A stretch of 64,000 nt of DNA from Octopus vulgaris (taxonomy: Eukaryota), in the NCBI GenBank assembly GCA_951406725.2, contig OX597821.1, positions 49,786,001 to 49,850,000 of the forward strand, read 5' to 3'. Shown piece after piece: positions 1 to 12,291 of the stretch (its first letter is position 1; each line of letters starts with the position of its first letter). Below the pieces are notes generated by a model, which was not told the origin of the DNA, searched no databases, and saw only the letters and a list, made by a program, of their open reading frames with translations. A program made the translations under genes and the position numbers.

Positions 1-1415
1 TTTAAATGACCTGACTCATTTGAGCCACTTGTTAATCATCAAATTTGAATCTTCAGTACGTTCTGCGTCAGGTTTAGGTTGGAATAGCACTTCAGTCTTC
101 TTGATGCTGATAGTCCAAATTCACAAACTGCTGCTGCAAACCTGTCGACTGTTTCTTGAATTCCTTCGAATGTATGAGAAATCAAAGTGTAATCATCAGT
201 ATACAGCAAGCCAGGTAGAATCTCTTTCTTGGTCTTTTTCTCTGATCTAAAATTTTGCCCTTTTAGGTTTAATAGTCCTTCTGTGCGAAACTGGAATTTT
301 ACACCTTTATGGTAAGCCCTAAATGCATGTAGAAGTATTATTGAAAAGAATATGGAAAAAAGCACAGTAGCTAAAATACAGTACTGAACATTGCTAGATA
401 TCACTGTTCCATCTTTCTTTGATAAGGAAGACCAACTTTTAATAAAATTTTCCAGAGCGCCTCACGAATCACTGTATCAAAAGCCTTGATCAAGTCGACA
501 AAGACCATGTACAAGTCAGTATTTTGCTCACGTACTTTTTCTTCAATTTGCTGAAGAAATTTGCGGCACGTGAACTGTGCCGCCCCAGCCCCCATATCCA
601 CATCAAGATTCAGGAAATACGCTGTTCACTACACGCATATTAATGTGGTTAAGGATCACCCTCGCAAGAATTTTTACAGCTATGCACAAGATTATTCCCT
701 TGTGATTATCACATACAATCTTGCCCTTATCTTTGTACAAGTGCCTTATATATCTCTCTTTGAACTGCTGGGGAACAGATCCAATTTCCGCAGATCAAAC
801 AGATCAATTTGCGCAGCTTTCTTACAAGTTGCTTACCACCATGCGTGTGCACTTCAGTGGGAATACCATCTTGTCCTGGAGCTTTACCATTGGAAAGTTT
901 TTCAATAGCAGTACTTATCTTTTCCAAGAAAGTATCTTCCGCAAGTTCCTCAGTTATAAGCCTCTGAGGAATTTCATTGATTGCTTCAGGATCGGTGGTG
1001 GATTCTTGATTTAATACAGATTTAAAGCGTTCAGCTCATCTTTTCAGAATTTCATTTTTACTATTTTAGACTTTTGACCCGTCGTTTGAAAGAACTTATT
1101 CCGGACCACCTTTTCTTGGACCAAATACACCTTTCGGATTGTGTCATACAATGCTCTCAGGTTGTAAGAGTTAGTAGCCTGTTTCATTTCTTGGGCTTTT
1201 TAAAATTTTTCCTCTCACGCAGTTTTTTTCTAAGTTTTCTTAGAGATGTATAGGAATCTGAGTAATGGTGCTCTTTTGTTTGAGAACCAGGCCTTGTGTC
1301 TTTTGTACATAGTTTCTAGGAGAAGTTTGATTGGAAAATCATTCTCATAGAACCAATCTTGCTTGCGTTTGATGAATCTTAGAACTTCTTCAGCAGATGA
1401 TTTGTTGATGTCACC
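1..1415 (-). mobile_element. Degenerate RTE-clade LINE fragment (RT region), running off the window start
   Basis: Frameshifted ORF pieces: KRKQDWFYEND, AIEKLSNGKAPGQDGIPTEV, QQIEEKVREQNTDLYMVFVDLIKAFDTV, LLYTDDYTLISH. These are collinear RTE ORF2 RT motifs. Confidence 0.9.
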
Positions 1416-1703
1416 AAACATGGGTGTTTCGTTCAACATCCTTAAACAACCCTTATTCAGGGACCTTTTGAGCGGGATGGGTTACTCGACCAGAAAAAAA
1501 TTCTAACTGGGCCCCCACCTGCAAGGTCCTGTGATGTTTGTCTTGATATAAAATCACCATATAGGGCACACATGGTTGTGATGCATGTGCCTGGTGTACC
1601 GTTATCAGACGGGTAGTCATGCTGGGTATACTGGGCTTCGTATATTTTACCCCAGTGTTACTTTGATGGCATGCACTGCTCTCTCTCACTCAATAATAAT
1701 AAT
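1416..1703 (+). mobile_element. Short retroposon (SINE or LINE 3' UTR derivative) with (AAT)n tail
   Basis: Near-identical copy at 3342..3605 with the same 5' start (aaacatgggtgtttcg). Partial copies at about 10085..10162 (+) and 30122..30300 (-). Confidence 0.7.
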
Positions 1704-1915
1704 ACTCTCAAAAATTAAGTTAAAAAACAGGTAAAATAATCTAGAATCCTTTTCCGGTAATGGGTCGATCCCAAAATCTAATCAGTTCCTGCTAGTCCCG
1801 AAGCCAAACATCCCTGAAAGTTTTATCCGAATCCATCCGGCGGTTCTTGAGATATCTTGTCCACGGACAGACACAACTGTAAACAATACCTCCGACTTTG
1901 ATAAGGTGGAAGTTA
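1704..1915 (+). mobile_element. Possible Helentron/DINE-like non-autonomous element 3' part
   Basis: gatcccaaaatctaatcagttc...gacagac...acctccgactttgataaggtggaagt: short GACA repeat followed by an imperfect terminal hairpin, as in HINE/DINE-1-type elements. Confidence 0.4.
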
Positions 1916-2069
1916 TAATAGTTAAAATAATAATGATAACGACAATGAAAAATAAAATAAATGAACAAAGCAATACGATAAGATAAAACAATAAAAAACT
2001 AAACAAAACAATAATATAAAATAAATAAATAAACAAAACAATAAGATAAAATAAATAAATAAATGAAAA

Positions 2070-2495
2070 TTGTCATTGCTATTCTATTGATGTCCATGAT
2101 TTCCACTGGGAAACAGATGACGTTTGATGGTCCTTATTCTTATCCGAACATTTCTCGGGAGTTAGCTCACGGTTCGTGGTTCTTCCGCCTTCATCCCAAG
2201 GAAGAAATCGTTGGCCACTGATGGGTTGTCATCAGGTTGTCATTAAAGTGACTAAGAAACCTTAATCTATCCCAGTTTTCAAATCAGAGTGTTTCTTCTC
2301 CTAGACAGACTGCCGACCAAGGCTAACGAGTTCTGTCCACCCATTTTTGGAAGGCCATTGACTCTTCTGAGTTTCTCTGCCCTGTGCTGAGTCTTGTTTT
2401 TCATCTCCCTTAGGGTGTCCAAAAATCAATTTTCACTCCTCTCACAAAGCAAGCTTAGTGGGGTTGCCTGTTTAGTCACCAACGACCCGACCATG
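2070..2495 (-). mobile_element. Non-autonomous RTE-derived element (RTE 5' UTR-like)
   Basis: The 5' end atggtcgggtcgttggtgactaaacaggcaacccc matches the 5' end of the element at 54974..55474. Contains tagccttggtcggcagtctgtctaggagaag, a block typical of RTE 5' UTRs. Confidence 0.6.
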
Positions 2496-2928
2496 TCAAT
2501 TACTCTGCGTCACATGTTAATGTTAATTATTGCCTTTTAAAAAAAAAATGTTTGGTAAGTTATCATTACTTTCAAAATCCGCCGAGGTCGACTTTGCCTT
2601 TCATCATTTCGGAGTCGATGAAATAAGTATCAGTTACGCACTGTGGTCGATCTAATCGGCTATCCCCCTTCCCACCAAATTTTCAAGGCCTTGTGCCTAG
2701 AGTAGAAATAAAAATATATCATTACTATCATTTACAACACTTTTCCTACTATTCTCATTAGCAATTTTGCTAGCACAACCACTATTACTACTACTTATTG
2801 GCGTTGATGTACGTGGCAGTGTTGGGATTTGTGTTGTCGTAGTTGTTTTCATCTTTCTTGTTCAGGGTATTTTCCGTGCCTTCTACGGAATGTTATTCCT
2901 CCCATCGCTGCTGCTGATCTTTCTATAA

Positions 2929-3340
2929 CACTGGAAAACAAATTTTCTTTTGTCTGGTGCCTGGAATATTTCAACGAATTCGTAAGTGATTTTGCCTGCT
3001 GAATTCAACAATAACTTCAGTTTTTTTCTCTATCAGCTCTAGTTCTCTGACTAGACCTGATAGAGTAAGTATTTTATTCATATAAGAAGCATATAAGATG
3101 AATCAATAAAGAGAGCGTAACACAAAACAAAATACTAATAAAAATTCAAAATTTAAAATGCACGACGGCAAAGATTTTTGGCAGAAAATACAAGGCATAA
3201 ATTTACGCTTCTTTGTGTACCGTGAATTTTGAGCAACAGGAGTATCTCGTTTTAAACACCAGTAATAGTCTGCCATCATCACAGCATCCCAATGTCTTTG
3301 GCACCGAGTTTCCATTTGGAGTTTGGATAATTTACCTCTA
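2929..3340 (-). mobile_element. Chapaev3-like (CMC) DNA transposon 3' fragment
   Basis: QMETRCQRHWDAVMMADYYWCLKRD is the C-terminal motif also seen at 51420..51600. The element end reads CACTGG at 2929. Confidence 0.7.
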
Positions 3341-3341
3341 G

Positions 3342-3605
3342 AAACATGGGTGTTTCGTTCAACATCCTTAAACAACGCTTATGCAGGATCCTTTTGAGTA
3401 GGATGGGTCACTCGACCTAAAGCAAATTCTAACTGGGCCCCACCAGCAAGGTCATGCGCTGTTAATTTTGATATGAGATTACCATGTCGCGCACATATGG
3501 TTGTGATGCATGTGCCTGGCGAACCCTTAACAGACAGGTAGTCATCATGGGTATACTGGGCTTCGTATATTTTACCCCAGTGTCACTTTGATGGCATCTC
3601 TCACT
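3342..3605 (+). mobile_element. Second copy of the 1416..1703 short retroposon
   Basis: Aligns with 1416..1690 along its length. Confidence 0.7.
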
Positions 3606-3894
3606 GAAATTTTGTGGGAGGGGACTAGTCGATCACATCGATCCCAGTGTTTCACTGTTACTTAATTTATCTGCCAGCTTACTGCCTTCAATAATGATAA
3701 GAATGGTTTCAAATTTTGGCACAACGCCACCAATTTTTTTTTCTGTTCCTCATTTATTTTATTTTTTTAATTTATTTATTTTTTTGCTTTTGGCAAATTA
3801 GACGGCTAATGGTGTTTGTGGCTTCATTTTGATATTTAAGAAACTTCCTGCTCGAAATCCGAGTAACACCATGTGTAACAACGTATACGTGTGT

Positions 3895-4053
3895 GTAGTT
3901 CTATATTTAAGAGATGAGGAATAACGTATATTATTATTATTTACATTATTTACATTTGACGGATATTTGTTCTCATCTTGATTGTTGTTAATTCAACGCT
4001 TCGGCTAATATACCCTCTAATCCCAAGATTCCGAGTTCGATTCCAAGCAGTGA

Positions 4054-4112
<59 letters not shown>

Positions 4113-4246
4113 GCATCGAAAAATACCTTAGGAATGAAAACCCAGGTACTGATGAAGGCTGAAGAGTATATCAGCTGAAACGTTGTGTTAACAACAAGCA
4201 AGATGAGGACAAATATCCGTCAAATGTAAATAATGTAAATAATGTA

Positions 4247-4247
<1 letters not shown>
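3895..4247. mobile_element. Penelope-like terminal-repeat remnant with inverted arms and a hammerhead core
   Basis: Arms 3936..4017 and 4165..4243 are reverse complements. CTGATGA-A-GGCTG...CAGCT-GAAAC-GTT at 4149..4184. Confidence 0.6.
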
Positions 4248-4314
<67 letters not shown>

Positions 4315-5416
4315 TGTATGTTAGTGTGCATGCATGCGCACAGAATTATGAGTATAACAATGATGCTACATACCTCTGGAATCCGCAACTGGAACTAAGA
4401 AGCAGAAGGCTATATAGAGCAGAATCAAAGACATACTTAGGCTACGGGAAAATGTCATCTTTTACCACTTCAGAGCTGTAATATAACATCAAGTTGTTCC
4501 TTCTTTATTGAATATGAATATGTATAATATTTGTTAGTCAATAATATTAAAAGTATCATGGTAGATTTGTGTGTGTATTTATGTATGTGTAGGCGCATTA
4601 ATGGTTAAGAATTTCGCTTCGCAATAACATCATCCAGGGTTCAATCTCAACTGGTGGCAACTTGGATAAGTGCCTTTATTATAGCTTCGGTGGAGGCAGT
4701 AAGTTAGCAGAATCGTTAGCGCACCGGACAAAAGTGCATAGTGGCATTTCTTCCGGTGTTTTACTTTCTGGGTTCAAATACCCAGACATTGCCTTTCATC
4801 CTTTCGGTGTTGATAATATAAGCACCATTTGATTACTGGGGTTAATGTAATCGACTTGCCCTTCTCTTCAAAATTGCTGGACTTGTGCCAGTAAGGATCA
4901 TAAGCACAGAGCGACTCATTACTTATGAGTGAAATTGGATAGAGGGGAAACTGTATAGAAACCCGTCATATGAATTGCATCTGTGGTTCTAAGGCCCAGC
5001 CTTTTCACAGTGTGTCACAATAATCTGTTTGATAATAACGTGGAATACTAAGCTGATGTCTTGCAAACAACTTGCACATGCAAGTGCTACCAGTCAAAAA
5101 CTCCGCATACCGGAAGCCAGCAAGTGTATGGGGTCATCAGGAGAGAATGCGCGCCGTTTCGATGGCATCACTGCGCACCGCCCGCCCCACCCTCACTGAT
5201 ATGAGGCCCCGCTTGCTAGATCAGCTGGTTATCAAATAAAGCTCAATATCCTATATATATATTCTAATGAGTTTCATGATTTAGTTGATCAAACAACTGA
5301 AAACTCATGCTCAGAAATTCGGGTCTAGATATATCTATTTATTTATATTTTGCTGTATCAAGGGAGGATCACTATACCAATAACAGCAAACATGCGTACA
5401 GTTTCTATTTCACTTC

Positions 5417-5462
<46 letters not shown>

Positions 5463-6089
5463 GTCATTTACTTTTAATCTGCATGTTTGATGCAATCACT
5501 TGCCGGAGCACACCCAGCGCCCTAGGGCAAGTGAAGGTTAAGAGTTGTTGAAATATAGCTGAAAGCTTGGGGAGGGGAAGTAGAGATATATCTCCACGTA
5601 ATGCAAACACAAACATTTACATTGATAGGGTTTTTCTAAGGATGTGGGCAGTACTTGTTAGCACAATCTTTTGGATTTCCTTGAGACATGGTTTTCTAGG
5701 GATATTGTCTAGGTGTTTCTGACATCCCTTTTTTATCATACCTAGGGCACCTACAATAACAGGAACAGTTTTTGTTTTAAGATTCCACATCCTCTGTATT
5801 TCGATTTCCAGGTCCTTATATTTACTAAGTTTGTCAAATTCCTTGACAGATACATTTTTATCAGTGGGGACGCTTACTTCTATTAGTCTGCAGGTATTTT
5901 CTTCCCTGTCTTTCACAATTATGTCTGGTCGATTAGCCTTGATCGTTCTGTCAGTGTTGACTGGAAAATCCCAGAGGATGGTGACATCTTTACCTTCAAC
6001 AACTGGCTGAGGATGGTGTTCATACCAGTTAGCAGGAGTGTCGGATTTGTAGTGTTTACATATCTTCCAATGTATATACTGTCCTACCC

Positions 6090-6090
<1 letters not shown>
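5463..6090 (-). mobile_element. R4/Dong-type LINE 3' fragment (restriction-like endonuclease domain)
   Basis: ANRPDIIVKD...IEVSVP...KLSKYKDL...VPVIVGALG...IQKIVLTSTAHILRK. Flanked on both sides by (TTA)n. Confidence 0.88.
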
Positions 6091-6163
<73 letters not shown>

Positions 6164-6166
<3 letters not shown>

Positions 6167-6310
6167 TATGTTTGACTTTTGCTTTATATTCGTACAAGTT
6201 GGCTCCAAGTCTCACCCAGAGACCTCAAGAGACAACAGGGTTGGAAGTTCATGTTGTTGTTATGCCTAGTGTGCCATATATTTGGGGGGTGGGGATGTTG
6301 TACTAATGAA

Positions 6311-6312
<2 letters not shown>
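6164..6312 (-). mobile_element. Very short 5'-truncated R4/Dong-type insertion (3' UTR only)
   Basis: Closely matches 6371..6515; bounded by (TTA)n on both sides. Confidence 0.75.
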
Positions 6313-6370
<58 letters not shown>

Positions 6371-6372
<2 letters not shown>

Positions 6373-7266
6373 GTTTGACTTTTGCTTTATATTTGTACAA
6401 GTTGGCTCCAAGTCTCCCCCTGAGACCTCAAGAGACAACAGGTTGGAAGTTCACGTTGTTGTTATGCCTAGTGTGCCATATATTTGGGGTTTTTTGGTGT
6501 TGTACTAGTGAATGTCTAAAAAAAAATTGATTGTTTTAAACCTTGAGATTACATAGAAAGTATTTTGCGTAGGATATGAGCAGTTCCCATGAGCACTATC
6601 TTTTGAATTTCTGCCATTTTGGGGTTTCCTGGTATCTGAGTTAGGTAGTAATCAGCCCCTTTCGCTATCATTCCAAGGGCACCTATGACAACAGGTATTG
6701 TTTTAGTCTTCAGGTTCCACATTTTGCTGATTTCTATTTCAAGATCTTTATATTTGCTCAGTTTTTGGTAGGTCTTGACAGATACGTTTATATCGATTGG
6801 GACAGTCATATCAATGAGGAGGCATGTTCTTTGTCTGAAGTCTTTCAATATGATGTCTGAAGTCTTTCAATATGATAGATTTGCATCTATCTTTCTGTCA
6901 GTTTGAATGGTGAATTTCCAGAGGAGTGAGATGTGGTCATTTTCAAGCACTGGAGGTGGTTTGTGTGCCCACCAGTTTTTTTCATGGGGCAAATCCAGGT
7001 TTTTGCAAATTACCCAGTGAATATATTGTGCAGCTCTATCATGCCTGTTGAGATACTCTGTAGGCGCTAGAAGACTGCACTTGGAGACAACATGATCAAT
7101 GGTTTCATTTTGTTGTTGGCATACACGACATGTTGGGCTACTGCCGTTCTTTAATATGTTGGCCTGGTAGTTTCTTGTTGGTAGGCATTGATCTTGAGCT
7201 GCTATGATAAACCCCTCTGTTTCAGATTTTAAGCCAGAGGCCATTAGCCAATTAATGGGTCAGGGC
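6371..7266 (-). mobile_element. R4/Dong-type LINE 3' fragment (CCHC zinc knuckle plus RLE)
   Basis: ETEGFIIAAQDQ, CRVC...ETIDHVVSKC, RHD, LIDMTVP, KLSKYKDL, PVVIGALG. (TTA)n flanks. Confidence 0.9.
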
Positions 7267-7326
<60 letters not shown>

Positions 7327-7349
7327 GTTATTATTATTATTATAATACT

Positions 7350-8415
7350 GCGAGCTGGCAGAAGCGTCAGCACGCCGGGAAAATGCTTGGCAGCATCTCT
7401 TCCGTCTTTACGTCCTGAATTCAAATTCCGCTGAGGTCGAGACTTTACCTTTCATCCTTTCTGGGGCGATAAATTAAGTACCAGTGAAACACTGGGGGCT
7501 CGATGAAATCGTCTACTCTCCTCAATCCAAATTTCAGGCCTTCTACTTTTATTAGAAAGGATCATCCTTATACTGCGTTAGCACGCCGGGTGCAAAACGC
7601 TAAATGATATTTCGTCTGCCACTACGTTCTGAGTTCAAATTCTGCCGAGGTCGACTTTGCCTTTCATCATTTCGGGGCCAATAAATTAAGCACCAGTTAC
7701 GCACTGGGGTCGATATAATCGACTTAATCCGTTTGTCTGTCCTTGTTTGTTCTCTCTGTGTTTAGCCCCTTGTGGGTAGTAAAGAAATAGGTATTTCGTC
7801 TGTCTTTACCTTCTGAGTCCAAATTCAACCGAGGTCGACTTTGCATTTCATCCTCTCGGAGTCGATAAATTAAGTATCAGTGAAACACTGACGTCGATGT
7901 ATTCAACTAGTCATCTCCCCTAAAATTGTAGGCCTTGTGCCTTTAGTAGAAAGGATTATTATTGTTATTGATGTCATCGTCGTTGTTATTGTTGTGCGCT
8001 AATGAGCTGGCAGTATTGTTAGAACGCCTTACAACATGCTTAGTGATTTTATCTTTCGACTTTAACTTTCATCCTTTGGGACTCGATGACCATAAGTACC
8101 AGTTGAGCACTATATCGGTGTAATCGACCAGACCCATTTCCTAAAATATTTTTCTGGCCTTGTGCATATTGTAGAAAGGATTATCGTAAATTTTATTAAG
8201 GTGGCGGGCTGGCAAAACCGTTAGCACTCCGGCCGAAATGCTTAGCAGTATTTCGTCTGTCTTTATGTTCTGAGTTCAAATTCCGCCGCGGTTGACTTTG
8301 CCTTTCATCCTTTCCGCGTCGATAAATTAAGTACCAGTTGCGTACAGAGGTCGATCAAATCGACTGGGCCCCTTCCCCCAAATTTCGGGCCTTGTGCCTA
8401 GAGTAGAAAAGAATC
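7350..8415 (+). mobile_element. Tandem cluster of tRNA-derived SINEs carrying a Nin/Deu-like domain
   Basis: Repeated units gagctggcagaa-cgttagcacgccgg...gagttcaaattccgccgaggtcgactttgcctttcatcctttcggggtcgataaattaagtaccag starting at about 7350, 7575, 7790, 8003 and 8199. Other copies at about 2575, 4690, 8890, 9458, 14780(-), 24545(-), 27260, 31590(-) and 39640. Confidence 0.8.
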
Positions 8416-8447
8416 GTTAGCACGCCGAAGAATATGCTAAACAGCTA

Positions 8448-8870
8448 GGCGCAGGAGTGGCTGTGTGGTAAGTAGCTTGCTAACCAACCACATGGCTCTG
8501 GGTTCAATACCACTGCGTGGCATCTTGGGCAAGTGTCTTCTGCTATAGCCCCGGGCCGACCAATGCCTTGTGAGTGGATTTGGTAGACGGAAACTGAAAG
8601 AAGCCTGTCGTATATATGTATATATATATATATATATGTGTATGTGTGTGTGTGTCTGTGTTTGTCCCCCTAGCATTGCTTGACAACCGATGCTGGTGTG
8701 TGTTTACGTCCCCGTCACTTAGCGGTTCGGCAAAAAGAGACCGATAGAATAAGTACTGGGCTTACAAAGAATAAGTCCCGGGGTCGATTTTCTCGACTAA
8801 AGGTGGTGCTCCAGCATGGCCGCAGTCAAATGACTGAAACAAGTAAAAGAGAGAAAGAGAGTAAAGAGAG
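8448..8870 (+). mobile_element. Abundant tRNA-derived SINE with internal (TA)/(TG) microsatellite, full length
   Basis: Head gcgcaggagtggctgtgtggtaag...gggttca, tail atgactgaaacaagtaaaagag. At least 12 more copies in the window. Confidence 0.85.
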
Positions 8871-9019
8871 CATTTCAAATGCTGCGTTGGTTGGTTTTGT
8901 TTTTAAGTCTTTTGGGGCTGGTAAAATAAGCACCAGTTGTAATCGACTAATCCACTTCCCCAATTTCCAGGCCTTGCGCCTATAGTAGAACGGATTATTA
9001 TTATAACTATTCGTTTCTA

Positions 9020-9346
9020 CTCAGTGGCTCAGTGGTTAGAGCGTCGAGCTTACGATCGTGAGGTTGTGAGTTCGAATCCCGGACAAGGCTGTGTGTTGTA
9101 TTTGAGCAAGACACTTTATTTCACGTTACTCCAGTTCACTCAGCTGTAGAAATGAGTTGCGACGTCCAGGGGCCAAGCAGTATCGGCCGTCGCCTTTCCC
9201 TTGGATAACACTGGTGCCGTGGAGAGGGGAGCCGGTATGCATGGGCGACTGCTGGTCTTCCATAAACGACCTTGCCCGGACATGTGCCTGGGAGGGTAAC
9301 TTTCTAGGTGCAATCCCACTGTCAGTCATGACCGAAGGGAGTCTCA
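9020..9346 (+). mobile_element. tRNA-derived SINE (head 2, tail Z)
   Basis: A box tggctcagtgg, B box gagttcgaatccc, then ttgagcaagacactt. Related copy at about 44700..44937. Confidence 0.75.
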
Positions 9347-9609
9347 GCAAGTGTAGGCACAAAGTTGGGATGGGAGCAGTCAATTAGATCGACCCTAGTA
9401 CGCAACTGGTACATAATTATTGTTATTATTATTGTTGTTGTTGTTGGCAAGGCGACAAGGCGGCAAGCTGCCAGAATCGTTAGCATGCCGTGCAAAATGC
9501 TTAGCGGCATTTCGTACTTTCTTACTTTCTGAGTTCAATTTCCGCCCAAGTCGACTTTACCTTTCGTCCTTTTATATCATATATATCATCAGACTGGCTT
9601 CCACACTGT

Positions 9610-9859
9610 TACAAGTATTGAGTTAATTGGAGCATATAAAAATCTCGAGAAGTATGTGGAACAAATAGGGGCTACAATAAGGGTGGGGCACTTGCAGAAA
9701 ACAGCTCTGCTTGGAACCGCTTGAATACTCCGGAAGGTGCTCGAAAAATAAGAGGTGTTACCTCAGTTCACTGGTAGTGAACAGCTGACACCGAAGTACA
9801 TCTCCAGCGTTAGAAGCTGTGCAAAAGCAATAATGATAATAATAATAATAATAATAATA

Positions 9860-9917
<58 letters not shown>
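9610..9917 (+). mobile_element. R4/Dong-type LINE extreme 3' end with (AAT)n tail
   Basis: HLQKTALLGTA*ILRKVLEK* followed by a 3' UTR and (AAT)n. Confidence 0.7.
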
Positions 9918-9919
<2 letters not shown>

Positions 9920-10409
9920 GCCCTGATGCAGTAACAGGCAGTAGCTGTCATGGCTTCTGATCTTAACTGATTGGAAGTATTATCATGTACATTGTTTTGT
10001 CTTGGTATAAAAGATGGGCTACAGCAAATATTCTGCTCAATACCACAGATTTGCATGTCAGTTGTTTAATCTTAACTAGTTATGATGGGTATATTGGGCT
10101 TCGTATGTTTTAACCCAGTGTCACTTTGATGGCATTCACTGCTCTCTCACTCAATAATAATAACTCTTATACAAGATAGCACACACTGGAATCGAAACCG
10201 CCTCCTCGCGGTGACGAAGTGAATTAGACACACTAGCGCGTGCATGTATATGTGTGCATATGTGTGAGTATGCAAATGCCAAATCATAGTTATTAATAAG
10301 ACAAGTACGTTTACGAATAACAAAGGAATTTGTTGTGAAGATCAAGTAGATTGGAATTTCGCCATAAATAAATAAATAAATGCATACACACATATACTAG
10401 TGTGACAAG

Positions 10410-10712
10410 TGAAGGCGCCTGGTTTAATGGTTAGATTATTCGGCTCACGATCGTAAGCTCGTGAATTTGATTCCCGCTGGTGCGTTCTATCCTTGCGCAT
10501 GACACTCTATTTCACGCTGCCCCAATCCACTCAAATGGCAAAAATGAGTTGTACCTGAAGTTCTGTGTCACGCTGAATCACCCTGAGAACTACGATAAGA
10601 GTACGCGTATCTGTGGAGTGCACATCCACTTGCACGAAGAATTTCACGAGTAGGTTGTTGCATTGATCGGAACAACTGGAACCCCCATCGTCGTAACCGA
10701 CGGAGCACCACG
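10410..10712 (+). mobile_element. tRNA-derived SINE (head 2, tail Y)
   Basis: Degenerate A/B boxes. The tail ctgtgtcacgctgaat...gtaaccgacggag is shared with 49533..49680. Confidence 0.7.
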
Positions 10713-11666
10713 TGTATGACGAAGCTGTGGGGTAGGTAGCTCTTCTAGGAGAAAGAGATCCTGGCATAAAACTTGCAGCTAAAATGGTGTCATCTTGCAA
10801 CACTTGTAACTGGAGCCTACTACGGCGACCGAGACAGTGACTGTTGTATGTTTGTCACTTAAAACCAATGACGTACAGATGTCTCATTATCATTTCATTT
10901 CTTGATCTGTTTTTTTTTTTATTTTATAAATTTTTATGGCGATAGGCGAGTGCTGACGAGTCATATCGACATACGAGCAAAGATGAAAGTGAATAAGAAC
11001 AATCAGGGTAAATGTGAGACGGTTATCGTATCGTATGAGAAGCTGAAACAATCATGCATGTATGTGTGTATATTTTGATTTCACGTTGGCAGAACGATAT
11101 TAATAGCAGTCGTAAGAACACAAAATATTTATGCTTTAGAGTATAAAACGCAATATTAACTAAGTTTGATAAGAAAACACGAGTGACGTAATCACCTTCA
11201 TTAGTTTACAGCTGTTAATGCTATTAAAAGCAGAGCACTCAAACGTTAAAAGATGATAGTAGAAACAGCTGTCAGCTAAGATGGTTATGTGACTCATGTT
11301 CTCTTGTTATTCATTAATTAATATACATACATATACATACGTGCATATGTATGTGTGTACGTACGTATGTATGTATGTACGTATGCATATGTACCAGCAT
11401 GCGGTAACTGTTTAATTCAGATACGTTGTTCTTTTCCCTCTCTTTTTTCTCTCTCCTTCTATACTTTCCATAGATGAGCATATGCTCCAAACATTAAAGA
11501 CTTCTAATTTTCCTGAGCATCAACCGAAATCATCCTGTTTGTTTTTCTTACCCCGTCTTCGTGTTTTTCTTTTTTTTTTTGATACTGTTTGGTATATATA
11601 ATTATGTAGTAAGGCTTCAAGAAGTAGATTAGCAATTAATTAGCTAACACAGTAAGTATAATGTTG

Positions 11667-11825
11667 TAATAAAAACCACAAGTTTCGTTAATTACAGCTA
11701 CCCAGGGTTTCGTGCGCGAAACGTTTATTTTGCCATTTTTCAGACTCTTTGAAAAATGACGCAATAAATGCTTCACCCTCGAAACCCTGGGTAGCTGTGA
11801 TTAACGAAACTTGTAGTTTTTATTA
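11667..11825. repeat. About 160-bp palindrome next to (TA)n; PLE-type inverted remnant
   Basis: taataaaaaccacaagtttcgttaattacagctacccagggtttcg mirrors cgaaaccctgggtagctgtgattaacgaaacttgtagtttttatta. Confidence 0.75.
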
Positions 11826-11830
11826 TAAGA

Positions 11831-11897
<67 letters not shown>

Positions 11898-12251
11898 GTG
11901 TGTGTGTGTGTGTGTGTGTGTATTTGAATGTGTATATGTATGTATGTAAATGATGATATGTTTTAATTGTACCTTACCTCTATATGAGCTTATTGTCAGG
12001 AAAACAAGAATTTTCAGTTTTGCTGTTTAACATTCACTTCGAATACAGTGTGTAGAGAATGATGAACTGAAGTAAACTAAAAACTATACCTTGATCAAAT
12101 AATTTATGACAAGATGTGATATTATATAGTGATCAATTGATTCAACAAGCACATTTGTAACGGTTGCTACAGCTGGATGCGTATATTTTTATGTATGTAA
12201 GTATGTATGTATGTATGTATGTATGTATGTATGTGCAAATGCATGTAAGCA

Positions 12252-12291
<40 letters not shown>

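Noticed and set aside
7350-8415. Regularly recurring conserved blocks resembling a CRISPR array
   Set aside because: Units are about 200-bp SINE copies with homologous spacers; eukaryotic context and no cas genes.
10946-11007. Possible small plus-strand exon (tag|GCGAG...CAGG|gtaaat) overlapping CTGACGA-GTC...GAC
   Set aside because: Poor pyrimidine tract next to the AG, no recognisable peptide, and no GAAA for a ribozyme.
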